DNA of 64,000 nt from Lama guanicoe (taxonomy: Eukaryota), in assembly GCA_013239625.1 (NCBI GenBank), contig MU053873.1, forward strand, positions 1,006,524 to 1,070,523, in the 5' to 3' direction. Under the pieces are notes generated by a model that had not been told where the DNA came from, searched no databases, and was given only the letters and a program-made list of their open reading frames with translations. The position numbers were made by a program, and so were the translations under genes. Positions 48,316-61,102 of the stretch are shown here, in pieces (position 1 is the stretch's first letter; every line of letters starts with the position of its first letter).

Positions 48316-50847
48316 AAGTAACAGCACTCTGAGTGCTGAAAGAGACTGAAGGATACCAAGGGAGGGAGGGAAAGAGGAAGAGAGGGCGGACACCACGAGG
48401 GCTACTTCATTCAGTGTTTCCAGCTGCGCGTGAACGACACTGACACACACTAGCTCCTTGAGGTGCTGTTCCCACCCACGGAGGTGGAAATGGGCAGAGG
48501 GGTTAAAAGGCTGGAATTGGGGTTTAAATTCAGTTTAGTGTGATGACTACACCCAAGTCTTAACCATTACATGCTCCTTCTCTTCCCAACCATCCTGGAA
48601 AAGGACGAAATTCCCCTGATTCTGTTTTTCACCTTGCAGTCACTTTGATAACTAAGGTCTTTATTTGTTCTCTTCCAAGAAGTCACCAAGAAACCGAGAG
48701 GGCTGGACGTGGGTCTGCGGAGTGAACCCACGTGTTTAATTCTCCACCGACCCCCATCCCTGGTTTCCTGCTGCACATCAAAAGAGCTGCAGAGACAGAC
48801 CAGCTCTCCTGCCTCACAGCAGAGCACTTTCCACCTGCCATGCTCGTGTCCACGCTGCTGCCAAGACACGGGAAGACAGAAGACGACAGATGCAGAGCCT
48901 GGGGAAATCTGAGGGCACACACGAGGTGTCCTCAGCAGTGTCACTGGTTCGAGCCTCACCAAAGTGTTTAAAAGCCTTGATGTCAGGGCCCTTCAGTTCT
49001 CGGAAACACCCACCAGCCAGGAATCACCTGGTCTTCCCCTCTCCGCCAGTCCAGATCCCAACGCCAATGGCCACCTCCCGTGGTACTTGTCTCTCCATCA
49101 GAAACCCCTAGGGGCTCCCAGACCGCACAGGGGTGAAAATGAAACTCCCTCATCTGAAAGCCTCTTCCATTCCCAGCAACTTCCAACGCTCCCCAAAGAA
49201 CTTGCTCCCTCTCTTTCTGTTCTGTTCCTGGAGTCACCCCAGACTCACCCTGTCCCACAGCCTCTCTCTGTAACCTGCCTGACCCCTCAGCCTCGTGGAC
49301 TTGCTCCTCCTCACTGTCTGTGCCAGGGGCTGGTCCTCCGGTCAGGGCAAGAGGAACTGATTCTCCCTTGTATGATGAGACCAGAAGTCCGCCCAACTGG
49401 CTCCTCCCTGCGCGGCTCAGGATAAACTGCGGGCATCACCCAGCGGCTTGTGGTCAACCAACAGGTGAGTTGGTGACTGAGGGGGCTGCCTAGGGATGGT
49501 GGCTCGGCACTGCCCTCCAGCAGCTTCCTTCTGGAAAGCACAACTTCCACCCACTCCCCCGACATGGCTGGGCTGGGAGCTCAGCCCCAGATCACAGCTG
49601 ACCTGACTTAAGGTCCTGATCCAAGCCAGGCCAATAAATCACTTGTCTGGAATCGTTTCAACTTGAAACCAGGAGTATCAGGCCAAAGGATATTGGGGTG
49701 CTGTCTCCCACCGAGGTGAAGATGGGGGGGATAAAGCAGATGCACAGAAGACTGGGGGATCAGCTGTTCCCGAGGAGCACAGCACCCCCAGCGCGGGCCA
49801 CCTGACATCAGAGCAGATCCCCTTTCAGCTCAATGCGGCTCATGCTGGGTTTCCAAGTGGCACCAACAGTCCTAACCCAGCCAGTGACTGCTGACAAGTA
49901 TCTGATTTTTATCAGAGAAACTAGCAAAGACAAAGGGAGGCAGGAGGAAGAAACCAGCACTGCTGAGGCAGCAGAACAGCGCTGGTCTCGGATCTCTGCT
50001 CGGCTACCTGGGAGCCGTCTGGTCTCAGGTGACCAGAGAACGGCTCTGGGACTCAAGTTCCTTGTCGCAAAGTGGGAACCTGGCCCCGATCTCAGAGTGC
50101 GCCTGACCACAAAAGGAGACGCTGCACAGAACGCTCTGGGCGCCGGGAGAGCACCCACCATGTGAGAGTGGCTTCCACACCCTGGCCCTGTGTCCAGAGC
50201 CAGGCTCCGCACCGAGTGTACCCGCAGGACCCCCGCAGCGACGACAGAGGGGAACAGGCCCCAGGGACCCAAGTGACCCTCCGAGGTCCTCAGCCAAAGC
50301 TGAGTCTCTTTGACCTAAATCCCCCGCCTTTCCTGTCTTTTTATTAATTAATTGCCTCATGTCCTCCCCCTAAGGACTGGCAAGAGCCAAGCTCATGCCT
50401 GTTGACTGCCCTGTCCTTCCAGACCCTCCCTAGGGCTCCGCTCCAGTGTCGGGGGTTTATTCTGCCTTCATGTTTGGAATCTGGGCTGCGTGGGCTCTGT
50501 TAGCAGCTCCAGCACATTTGTGTGTTCCTCTATGAGGCGGGAGGGTTGCAGGAACCAAAGCTATCAAAGTTGACCTTCAAAATTCTTATCAATTACATAA
50601 TACACTTAAATAATAAACACGGTTTGAACTGAAGGGTTAAAATGCCTGGGGCATAAACACAGCCTCCTGCACTCCCGGGCTGGTTTGAGACCCTTACTTT
50701 TAATAGTAAGCTGCTAGAAGTGTTGATTTCATTCTATCTTAATTTCCTAGAATGTAAACTAGCACAGATAACACAGCCTGTCTTTCAAGGTAGCAACTAG
50801 AAATCTCTGAAAACTATAATACCTGGGGAAGATTTTTTGAGTTTTGC

Positions 50848-50937
50848 TTTTTTTTTTTTAAATGGAGGCACTGGGGATTGAACCCAGGACCTTGTGCATG
50901 CTAAGCATATGCTGTACCACTGAGCTGTACCCTCCCC
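50848..50937 (-). mobile_element. tRNA-derived SINE, camelid vic-1-like
   Basis: Minus strand reads GGGGAGGGTACAGCTCAGTGGTACAGCATATGCTTAGCATGCACAAGGTCCTGGGTTCAATCCCCAGTGCCTCCATTT-polyA, with Pol III A box (AGCTCAGTGG) and B box (GGTTCAATCC). Matches the recalled camelid SINE. Confidence 0.8.
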
Positions 50938-53297
50938 GACCCCGATTTTCAATATGATACAGAAGTTCAAAATCTTCTTTTGAAAAATCAAGTATCATTT
51001 GATAGAGCAAGGAGCCCAGAACAGCTTCTTCACATGAAATGACAAAGAAAAGCCCAGAAAGCTGAAGAGACCAGGTGCCCTGGCCTGCTGCGTGCCCGAG
51101 GGGCGCTCACCCCACCCAACTCTGCCTCCCCAGCTGATGCTAAGGTCTGCCCTGCCTCCTATAGAATCAAAAGGATTACTCGGAGGGGACCATAAATCAT
51201 TTTCCTCTCATGAGTTTATAGTGTTCCTTTTTGAGGAGTTCAAAAGCACTCAGTAATAAACCAAGGTGATGAGTTTATGTCTTTGCTTTTACAGTGAAAC
51301 TTTATTTGAACTCCTACAGAGGTATTTACATTTTTTTTTTAATTTAGGACATTCCTCTGCTATTTCAATGTTTCGCCTGGTGGCATTTTCTATGGGTGGG
51401 TGGGTGATGAGGGAGTGTTAAGGGGGAGGGGAGGTGGGTTCTGTGTCTGGTCCCCCCACCCCACCCCCGTGCTCTCCCAAACTCCTGACAGTGCCCTCCC
51501 TTCTATGGTTTCGACAAGCCTCAACATCTCTGCGGAGGAGGAGTCCCTGCCTGGCCCCCACGCGAACTTCGCTGTAGTTTCTTCCTTTCGTGCCCCTCTC
51601 CACTGCCCACCTCCTTCCTGCCCTCGCCACTAGGAGAAAAGAAATGCTAGAAAACCACGCTGTCTGTCTGCAGGAGGGCGGGCCACCCACCACCACCGTC
51701 ACTTGGCTTTTCTTAACCTAGCCTCTTGTCATGCACTTGGGGCTCAGGAAAGAAGAAAACACAGTTAGCAAAGTCAATAAAATTGAAGCTGGAAACAACT
51801 ACACTTAAAGAGATGAGTGAGCAGAAGAGAGAGGGAGGGAGAAAGAGGAAGGAAGGAAAGAGAGAGGCCTGACTCCCGGCACCTCCTGTACCAACCCAGG
51901 TTTCTAGCAAATGCGAAAACTGTCTTGCTCTGTCTGGTCTGAGCTTTTTCGCTAATGATTTTATTCAAGTGTGAAGCCAAATTTCAGTAACTAACCATGT
52001 GTAAACACTGTCTGGCCACCACACAGCCTCTCCAAACAGAAACATGGAGGAGGGGGCGGTTGCCTCAAGCAGGTAGAACCACACGCTTAGCCTCTGAGCC
52101 CTGCATTCAATAAATATTTGGTGAATGAACAAACCCATGAAGTCCTTAATGATTCAATATATGTCCAGGGTTGTTACTCCCCCTGGCTTCACGGGCCAGC
52201 AGGCCAAACCATACAAAACTCTTCAAGTCAAACCACAGCGGGTTGTCCCAGATGGAGGAGGAACAACGGGGTTCTCTGAGTGACTTCAACACCGCTCAGC
52301 CACGAGAGGACAACGGGATGTCCCTGGTGGCCCTGCTCCAACCCTTTTACAGACGTGACAGACGCAAAGGTGGAGACCCACTGGACTGGGACAAAGCAAA
52401 TTAAGCCAAGCTGCTGAGCTCTACATAAGAGCAGCTTAAGCAGGGGAGAAGCTTTCCTATTAGGAGCACACCGCCTACAAGGAAAGCACTGTTCCTCGCC
52501 TTTGGATGTGGCTGGCCTCTCTCCTAGGATCATTAAACATCTCCGGCCAACTATTTAAACAAGGAAGTATGGGGCCTGGGCAGCCTAAGACACGTTGATT
52601 CGACTTTGTGAACAGTACACCAAACAGGTAATAGTTCCTGTGGGGTTTTTTCCCCCTTCTTCTATAAAGGGCAGGAAAACTTGACAGGTACTGAGAAGCT
52701 ACTCAGAAGACGAGAGGGATGTGAGCATCACAGCTTAGATCCTCGATGGTCTCCTGGGCCAAAAGTCTGTCCGCAGACACCAGCTGGGACATCTTCAAGT
52801 GTGGGAAAGGCCCCCTCTCAAGTACCTTGCATCAGAACCACCTCTTCTCTGGCCTGAATCTCCTCTAGAGGTCAAAGCTCTGACTGGTTTCCCCCGAGCT
52901 GTTGCCCCAGGATGCCTGGAACAGCACCTTCTCAGAATGTAAGAAATATCTAAGCAGCAACACCGCCCTTAGGATATACCAGCTTTCCTCCAACCAAAAT
53001 TGTAATAGCTTTTGCCAAACCTTTCCCTTTAACAAAATGATCCAGTTCAAAAGACATGGTTTACCAGTCATAATTTAAGATCATTGACAGATGGTTTTCT
53101 GAAATAAGTGTATTTCTATCTTTTATCTTACTCTGCAGCCAGAGATAACGCTGACCCTCTTGGCTAAAAAAGTTTTTTTAGTACTTCTGAATGAATAACA
53201 ACAGCCAATGGGGGCAAACATTTCTGGAGCGCTTTCTCTGTTAGACATTTGTATCTCATCTCACCTCCTAACCACCCTATGAGGTAAGTTCTAATAC

Positions 53298-53648
53298 AGG
53301 ACCATAATTGCTATCTGCCATTCTGAAACCAAAAAAGCTCCACAACCCCAAAGGTTTTCCATAACTTACTTGGCAGCAAAGCATAATGGGCCTGAAGTCA
53401 ACTGGAGGCACAGCTGCCCTGAGCTAACGCAGGGCTATCTGAGGTTTTAGTGAACATCCACTTAGTGTGAACATCCACTTAGTTTGCTATAGAGACATGA
53501 GTGTGTTTGATTACTGAGCATGACCCCGTGTCTCCAGGGGGTTCCTTAGCACAAAATATGTGCATCATAGTATGTTTCTAAACCCTCCAAATCTCAGCAT
53601 TCTGGAATATCTGGCCCCGAGGGTATCACACAAGGTACTATGAATCTC
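53298..53648 (-). mobile_element. TcMar-Tigger MITE (MER46C-like) inserted into a MIR (flanks ~53210-53297 and ~53650-53770)
   Basis: ta|cagga... left end and tctggccccgagggtatc...ctcta right end. MIR core resumes at attatctgcccagttcacagataagaagctga...gtgacttgcccaaggccacacag. Confidence 0.6.
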
Positions 53649-53952
53649 TATTATCTGCCCAGTTCACAGATAAGAAGCTGACACTCCTTGAGGGGAGGTG
53701 ACTTGCCCAAGGCCACACAGTGGACAAGAGCCCAGTCTGAGGTTGGCAGTTTCCATCAGAGTCCGAGCTTCTGGACATCACGGTTGGCTGCTACGAGATC
53801 TGTCTCCGTCCTTAACCCACTCGGCTTCAGCTGGGAAAGAGTGCTGTGCCAGCAGGGCCCTTCTCCACAAGCAGCCACGTGAGGAATCAGGAGATGAAGG
53901 AAGGCGTGTTGAACACCAATCAGAAGGGGAGCCGCGTGGGGGCCGTGCTTAC

Positions 53953-54078
53953 CTTGCCCAGGACAGTGAGGCATGGTTTCGGGTCCAGTTCCGGCTGTTC
54001 TAGCTTCACCACGCCCACCCAGCCGTATTCGTACAAGTCCTCTTCGTCATTGTTGTTACACAGGCCCAGCGGGTGCAT
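53953..54078 (-). CDS. ZNRF3: ZNRF3 coding exon 2 (PA ectodomain; [42 protein letters not shown])
   Basis: 126 nt, phase 0/0. Acceptor tttcctag|ATG, donor AAG|gtaagc. Translation matches the ZNRF3 PA domain as recalled. Too short to appear in the supplied ORF track; found by reading the minus strand. Confidence 0.97.
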
Positions 54079-54898
54079 CTAGGAAACGAACGGGAGAAGC
54101 CTTCAGTGCGCAGACTGCAGCTCTGCCTGCCCCCCACTGTGCACGTCGTGTCTGCCTCCACAGTCCAAAGTAACCCCAAGACTTACAATCCTATGGGGGG
54201 GCTGTGCTTTTCAACCCAGGGGGAGTCCTATTTCAGCACAGTGAGCTGAGGACTGGGGAGAACACAACAGAGCTGTAACAGACTACCTCACTGCTCTGTG
54301 AGCAGCGGTCACCCAAGGTGGCTGCCAGATTGGATGTAGGGAAAGAGAAACAGCCTGACTCCCATGTAAACGCCAACCTGAACGGCCCTGAAACCCCCTA
54401 ACATTCAGTAGCAATTACAGATGAGCCGAGCTCCATTAGCATCCAGGACTCTTTGGCTCCCAGACCTTAACAACACATCCACTTCAGCTTCTGCAAGAGG
54501 AGCTGGAAACATACGCAGGGATTTATGGAGAGGCCACTAGAAATACAGCAGAATCACCAGGACAAGTAGCAGGCTGTTTAAAGGCTACCCCCTGGTTCCT
54601 GGGAAATATGAGATGCTTGGAGGTTTCTTTCAAAATCCGCAAAGCACAGAATCCAAGATGGGAAGAGGAACACCGTCACATTCTGACAGTGAAAGTGCAG
54701 TCAGCAGAAGCCTGAACGCAGAACAACACTCAGTCAGTTCTGAGTCGTATCAGGCCCTGGAATCCCTAAAAACAATCTGAGAAGACGTCCTCGTGGATAA
54801 ATATAACTTACCGAGACATTAAGGAGTCTAGCCCAGTAATCTCTTTAAATAATTGGGAGAACTATGTCTTTCAGGATACAAGAGACTTAAGAAGCCAC

Positions 54899-55357
54899 TG
54901 TGTTAGTCAGAACAATGGCCCGTAAGACTTCTATGTCCTAATCCCCAGAACCTGCGCACACGTTGCCTTACAAGGCACAAGAGACTGCAGATGTGATTAA
55001 GCTCGAGGCGGGGAGGTGATCCTCGGCTACCTGGGTGAGCTCAGTGTAATCACAAGGGTCCTTATAAGGAAAAAGGGAATCATGGAAACAGAGGAGATGT
55101 GACCAGGGAAGCAGTCTTGGAGTGATGTGCTTTGGAGATGGAGGTGGGAGCCACGAGCCAAGGAATGCAGGCAGCTGGCCTCCAGAAGCTGGAACAGACA
55201 AGGAAAAGGATTCTCTCTAGGGCCTCCACGGAGAAAGTAGCCCTGCTGACCCATTTTTGACTTCTGACTCCTAGAACAATAAGAGAGTAAGTTTGTGTTG
55301 CTTTAAACAACTAAATTTGTAGTAACTTGTTATAGCAGCAAACAGGAAACTAATACA
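54899..55357 (+). mobile_element. MaLR solo LTR (MLT1D-like)
   Basis: TG...CA termini; cagaacaatggcc...gtcctaatccccagaacctg...gtaatcacaagggtccttataag...gagccaaggaatgcaggc...gtaacttgttatagcagcaaacaggaaactaataca. Confidence 0.85.
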
Positions 55358-56619
55358 CCCTCCTTATCCCCCACCCATTTTGCAGATGAGAACACAAGTG
55401 CAAGATAAACAGATTTCCTCTTGGAAAACAACACAACCAGCAAGCAGCCGCACCCAGAGGTGGCCTGGCCCTTGAATTCACAGTCCAGTAACTCCAACCC
55501 CACTTCCTTAACTTTATTATCCTTCCTCTGAAAGCAGGTCATCTGACTGGGGAGAAAAGACCGAGTGATAAAAATCTTTGTTAAAAAAAGGTTGCTTGCC
55601 AGCTCTGAACTGTGTGGTGCTGGACTGTAACAGGAGTTTGGTGCAGGCAGTAAGAGCTGCAGGAACGTCTGGGGAGCCTGTGCAACTGCTGAGCTGTGAG
55701 CTAAGCTTTGAAGGAAGAGTTCCACTGGTCAGGAGCATGGAGGGAGGAAGGGCCAAGGGGCTGGATGGGGGAGAGACCAGCCCAATCAGTACGGATCAGC
55801 CCACACCAAGAAGGAGAGATGGGATTGAAAACCAGAGAGGTATGTGGACCCCAAGACAACACCACTGGGCCTGCAGAAGAGTGGCACACAGAAAACTGCT
55901 ATTTGAGGCTGAGGGGTTACACCTTGTGGCAGTGGTGTGCCTGGACTGGAGAGGAGGGCTGCTTGGAGGAGGGAAGGGTACAGCCCAGAGAGGAGAAAGT
56001 CTCGGCGATTCCACTGACAACGAGGAAAGGGGCTGTGTAGGCCGGAGCTCAAGGGGCGGCTGGCAGCTGTCTTTGCAGCTGGTGAGGAATAACCCACCCC
56101 CGGCTTCCAGGCCAGGAGATAGAACCCTGGCTGATTTGAGTTTTGAGTCCTCAGCTTTGCCCAGAGGACCTGGGAGGTTCTGTGGGGCTGCCGACAGTAC
56201 AGCCTTCCCTCCAGCTGCCCCTGAAGAACTAACTCGGCCCATTCTAGGGTGTTCGATGGTTGTTCAAAGATGAGCAGCTTGAATGCAGACCTCCAACTGG
56301 ATGGAGGATGGGCAAGGGCGACAAACCAACCGTGCCAACAGCCAGTCGCTTCTGACCCTCCAGGAAACGGCTCCCTACCGGGCTCAAGTCAGCTTCCTGA
56401 AATCCCAGGTCAAGTCCTGTTAATGCAACCCCACTACTGGCCCTTTTCTATGTATTCCACAGTATTCCGAACCTGGCCACGGGACTCAGAGGTTGCCAGA
56501 GGGAAAGGTGCTTTGTGCTACTCACACACGCGTGGGGTTTGGCCAGTGATGAGGAGCTGTGTTCAGGGAAGCAGAGGTGGCATGCAAGTCGAGGACTCTG
56601 TATCTGTATTAAAACTCTA

Positions 56620-56918
56620 CTGAAGAAAGAAGCCAGACATAAAGGCCATGTACTGTGTAATTCCAATGATATGAAATATCCAGAACAGGCAAATCCATAG
56701 ACACAGAAAGCAGCAGATTAGTGGCTGCTGGGCTGGGGAGGGGGGCGGGGGAATGACCACCTAATGGGTACAGCATTTCCTTTTGGGGTGATGAAAGTGT
56801 CCAGGCATCAAACGATGGGAATGGACGCATATAACTCTGTGTAGGTACTAAATGCCTCTGAACTGCACACTTTAAAATGCCTTAAATGGTCAATTTTTAT
56901 CAGTTTAACCACAATATA
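56620..56918 (+). mobile_element. L1MB-type 3' UTR fragment
   Basis: gaaagaagccagaca...tgaaatatccagaacaggcaaatccatagacacagaaag...taatgggtacagcatttccttttggggtgatgaaa. Confidence 0.85.
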
Positions 56919-59031
56919 AAAGGTTTCTTTTTTTAAGTCCCAAGAGTTTGCTCAGAAATGAGTGCTCTCAGCGAACGTGGGGATCCCCAGAGTAGGACGA
57001 CATGGTTTCCACCCTTCCAGAGCCTCTAAGCCCTTCAGGATTGTGTCCTGCAGAATACCAGCCCTGCAAGGCGGAAACCAGGTTGCGGTACCAGCAAGTA
57101 ATGCTGAGAAACAGTGAGTCAGAGTCTACGTTTGGAAACTGAAGCTCTGCAGGGGCTTAAGGGTTAAAAAACTTAAAAGCATTTTAACCTTTGCTAAAAT
57201 CAGCATTTCCTTCCCTTTGATGATAAGCCCAACTGTGTTAAACATGATCACGCTGTTTCACGGGACACTCTGAGAACTGAGATGGTAGGGAGGACGCCCA
57301 GCCACGCAGGAGAGGAGAAACAAATCCAAAGTAGACCTGGGCCGGGTCTCCCTCCTCAGCAGTCACACCCTCCGCCCTCTTCCAAGACGTCCCTCTCAGA
57401 TCAGCCACTCTCACTGGGGTGAGTGCTGGCAGCTCAAAGTGTCAGCCCTGTCAAGGGTGTTGACTTCTGAACAGGGATCAAAGACTTAAAAAACCTAAAG
57501 GAATTTTTTCCAAAGCCCCGGCGGGTGTAATCAGTTGTCAGGGGTGGTTTATTTTCCCTCAGAGGGTGAAGGGGCCACCAAAATCACACCTCAGAGGATC
57601 GAAAACCAGCCTCATAATCCCGGCCACCTTCTTCCTCCTCTTCCAAGTTCCTTATTCTAGTTTAGATCTCCAGAGGCCCCAACTACTGGGCCTGTGAATT
57701 CAATCTCAGCTACGTCTCAAGTACACTGGACTCTCTGACCCATCTGCCAGATGTTGTATGATTCAGGTCTCTTTCAGTTCGGCCCTGATGATAGTATCAG
57801 CTTCCGGAAACGCATGCCACCCTAGGCCTCCAAACTTTTACATCTCGGGGTTCTCTTTTCCCGAGGGCTCCAAGCTATGAGCTCAGCAGAAGGTTTTACA
57901 GGGAAGCACAAATAGCTGTCTAACATGAAATTATTCACTCATGAGCTGACCTGTGTCAAAGGATGGAATATTCTAGGCAAAGGCATAAAACGCAAACGAA
58001 TGTGCCAGGTCTGGGGAGAGTGAAGGAGAGGGCTTTCTCATTAACTGAGCATCATCTATACTACCAAGTTTATATAGTTTATCTTGCTTAATGCTTATAG
58101 CAACCTCTTGCTAACTGTGGGAACATCAGATAATGCAGTGACCAGACCATGTAAACAAGCTGCAAACTAGAACTGCAGATCAGCAAGTGATGCAGGACAT
58201 AACAGAGTCAGTGAAAGTCGTGTTAGCCAACAACAGGATGTCACTAGGGGGCCACTGGCAAGCGGTCGAGTGAAGGATTAGGGAAGAAGAAATCCACGTG
58301 GGAGCTTCCGGACAGAACAGTCAAAGGATTAGGACAGAATTTGGGAAAACAGAGGGTTCTCTAATATTTTTGGAAAAATGACGTGGCGACCTCGCCATTG
58401 AACTCACGTCCATACTGTCTCATCCAGTTTTGCCAAAAACATCCCAACACTGCCCGCGTGGGATTCACTCTTTGTTTTCAGACTAGTACAAAGCTGCAAT
58501 TATAACTCAACTTGTTAAATTCAAATACAAACTTGTTTTCAGTTTCATTTTTTAAGATAAAGCCCCAATCAAATCTTTCTACTACTTACTCAGAAATAGC
58601 AGCCCCTAACTTAAAAAGATCCCAAAGTGTTTTTGTGGGTCACAATCATCTGTGGAGAATGAGGACCTCCAACAGATGAAATGCATATACTCTGAAGATT
58701 CAGCGAGACAGTGCTTCCACACTACTGCTCCAGACAGCTGTCACATAAAAACCAGGCTTGTCCATTCGTACATGTGGACACAAGCCAGTGACACACAGGC
58801 AGTGATTACACATAAGACCTGTGTGTGCACAATTAATCTTAGAAGACTTCAAAGAATGAGGTTTAAGAATGTTAACACTGAATTTAATGTGGCACATAAG
58901 CATATAAAAATTACAGGCATTTCTGATTTACTTTCTTAAAATGTTTGGGTGTGTGGGATTTGCCTGATCAGATGCTTGAAATTTAAAAAATTTTTGCCTT
59001 TTTATTTTTAACAATCGTAAAAATGGCTGAA

Positions 59032-59362
59032 TTGGGGGTAGGGGGAGGAAGAATTGGATGAAGGTGGTCAAAAGGTACAAACTTCCAGATATAAGATAAA
59101 TAAGTACTAGAGATGTAACTGACAACATGATAAATATAATGAACTCTGTTGTATATCATATCTGAAAGTCATTAAGAGAGTAAATCTTAAGAGTTCTCAT
59201 TGCAAGGAAAAAATTTGTTTCTCTCTTTAGTGTTGTATTTGTATGAGGTGATGGATGTCCAGTAAAGTTACATGGTAATCATTTCATGATGCATGTAAGT
59301 CAAACCATGATGCTCCACACTTCAAACTTGTATAGTGCTGTACGTCCGGCAAAACTGAAAAG
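59032..59362 (+). mobile_element. L1MA9-like 3' UTR fragment
   Basis: ggtggtcaaaaggtacaaacttccag.tataagataaataagt...aagagagtaaatcttaagagttctca...gaggtgatggatg...ggtaatcatttca. Confidence 0.85.
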
Positions 59363-59809
59363 TGGGGGGGGGAAGGCTAAATTGTGTGTAATAATTCAGA
59401 GTTGTTGGAAAGAACTGCGAATGAAAACATAAGAAAAAATCAAATAGACTCAGAAGCCTAGAAGGAAACTTGACAAAAACTCACTGGACAGAGACCACTG
59501 AAGCAGGGGAAGAACACCCTGAAATGAGAACAAAAGCCAAAGTTCTGGGGCAGATCCACAGAAGAGCAGCGTCAACAGTGAACAAGCTACGACTGAAGTG
59601 GGAGGTTATAGCAGAAAACATGCGCTATGTTATAACTTTGGTCTTGCACTCTCAGAAGAACTCTGGGACCTCAACATCCTTGCTTAAGTCAATTGAGGGC
59701 ACATTTCCAGTGAGTCTTCTATCCAGAGGTCTGACATTAAGGGGCTGCACCTCTTGCTCTCCTGATTTTGTTCCAAGGGGTGTTTTGGGGATGGGAAGAA
59801 TGAGAGCTT

Positions 59810-60005
59810 TGGAATCATGTAAACTTGTGTTGAAACCTGCCTCTTATGAGGCACATCTCCTCAGGCACAGGACTTGATTTCTATAAACCTCTATGTTCTC
59901 ATCTGTTGAATGGGAATGACAGCACTTGCTTCAACAGGGTGCTGTCATGATTAAATGAGATAAAATATATAATCAGAGCAGCACAGGAGATGCTCAAGCA
60001 GTGGG
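59810..60005 (+). mobile_element. MIR SINE
   Basis: ctctatgttctcatctgttgaatgggaatgacagcac...cagggtgctgtcatgattaaatgagataa. Confidence 0.7.
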
Positions 60006-60689
60006 GAAGCCCTTTCCTTCTTCACGTTCCCAAGTCACCAAGCACATTCCCAGGACTCTACTGGCAATCTCACCATTTACTGGCAGAGGCACAGGAGCAA
60101 AGGCTGTTCCTTCCCAGTTGCTGCAGCTGGGCTCGCGGGGCGGCTAGGACTCTCCACATGCAGAGAACGCAACGCCCTTCACTCAGGCAGGCCTGGGACA
60201 GCGCTTTACTAGGTGGTGGAGGCGGAAGAGGAATAGAGGACCCCTCCCCCCAAAAGCCTGCCCCTCCAGTTTTCCTGCCCCTGTCTGACCTCAGAAGCTG
60301 CTGTCAGCTCCAGCAAAACAGGAATAACCAAAGAAGAGGCAGGCATGGGATCCAGGGCCCAGGGATCCCAACGGAGAAGAAAAGTCAAGGGAAATGCCGG
60401 GATGACAGCTATGTGACCAACCTGCTGGGACCAGCCCAGCTGGGACCAGAAGGACAAGGGTGGCAGGGGAGCCTCAAATAAGCAAACAAACAAAAACCTG
60501 AGTCATCCTCCGGTGGGTCTGTCAGACCTGAGAAGGATGTTATAGTTCTGAACAGGAGAATGACATGTGATAATCACAGAGTAAACTAAAGTGATGGGGC
60601 AGGGGGACAATGATCAACTCCAGAAAAAAAGCAAAAAGTCACACCAGAACTGTAAACCAGAATCAGGGTACAGCGCGCACAGCCTGGCT

Positions 60690-61100
60690 GGGAGCAGCAA
60701 CAGTCACAATAATGTAAATCCTGATCTCAACAGTAACTGCGATGTAACTGTACTGGGAAAATGCAGAGATGGGAAAAGTGTGGCAGGGGGAGGGGAGGGG
60801 AGGCAGGGCAGAGGAAGGGATGGGGAGGGTAAGAGAACATCCTCTCCATCTTCCAGAGCAGGAATTAAAAAATTGTTTAAATGGACTAAAAATATGAAGC
60901 TGTATAGACATGTCATTGAGACGTTATTGACAGAAATTTAGAAATATTTCCAGAGATGATCAGTTAAAGAAACCGTTAAATAACTGAAAATAGTTGCGTC
61001 TGAGAACAGCAATAAGGGATAGCAAAGGGTGCAGCAGACGCATGCTCTTTTTATTAAAGGCTATGAAGGACTCTTTGCCTTTGATAAACATATATATGCT
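60690..61100 (+). mobile_element. L1MC4/5-like 3' UTR fragment (approximate)
   Basis: aataatgtaaat..tgatct...gtaactgtactggg...aaaatagttgcgtctgaga...gctctttttattaaag. Confidence 0.45.
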
Positions 61101-61102
61101 TC

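Noticed and set aside
50860..50937. tRNA gene
   Set aside because: A and B boxes are present, but it has an A tail and no convincing acceptor stem; it is a SINE.
55578..56273. 231-aa plus-strand ORF in intron 1
   Set aside because: TTG start, no homology I can recognise, and overlapping ORFs in several frames suggest chance.
11880..61085. Global enrichment of TCF/LEF 7-mers across the introns
   Set aside because: I counted about a dozen CTTTGAT/ATCAAAG by eye against roughly eight expected by chance for 64 kb on both strands. One strong match (43329-43338) lies in an old L1. Only the clustered or CpG-context sites are reported.
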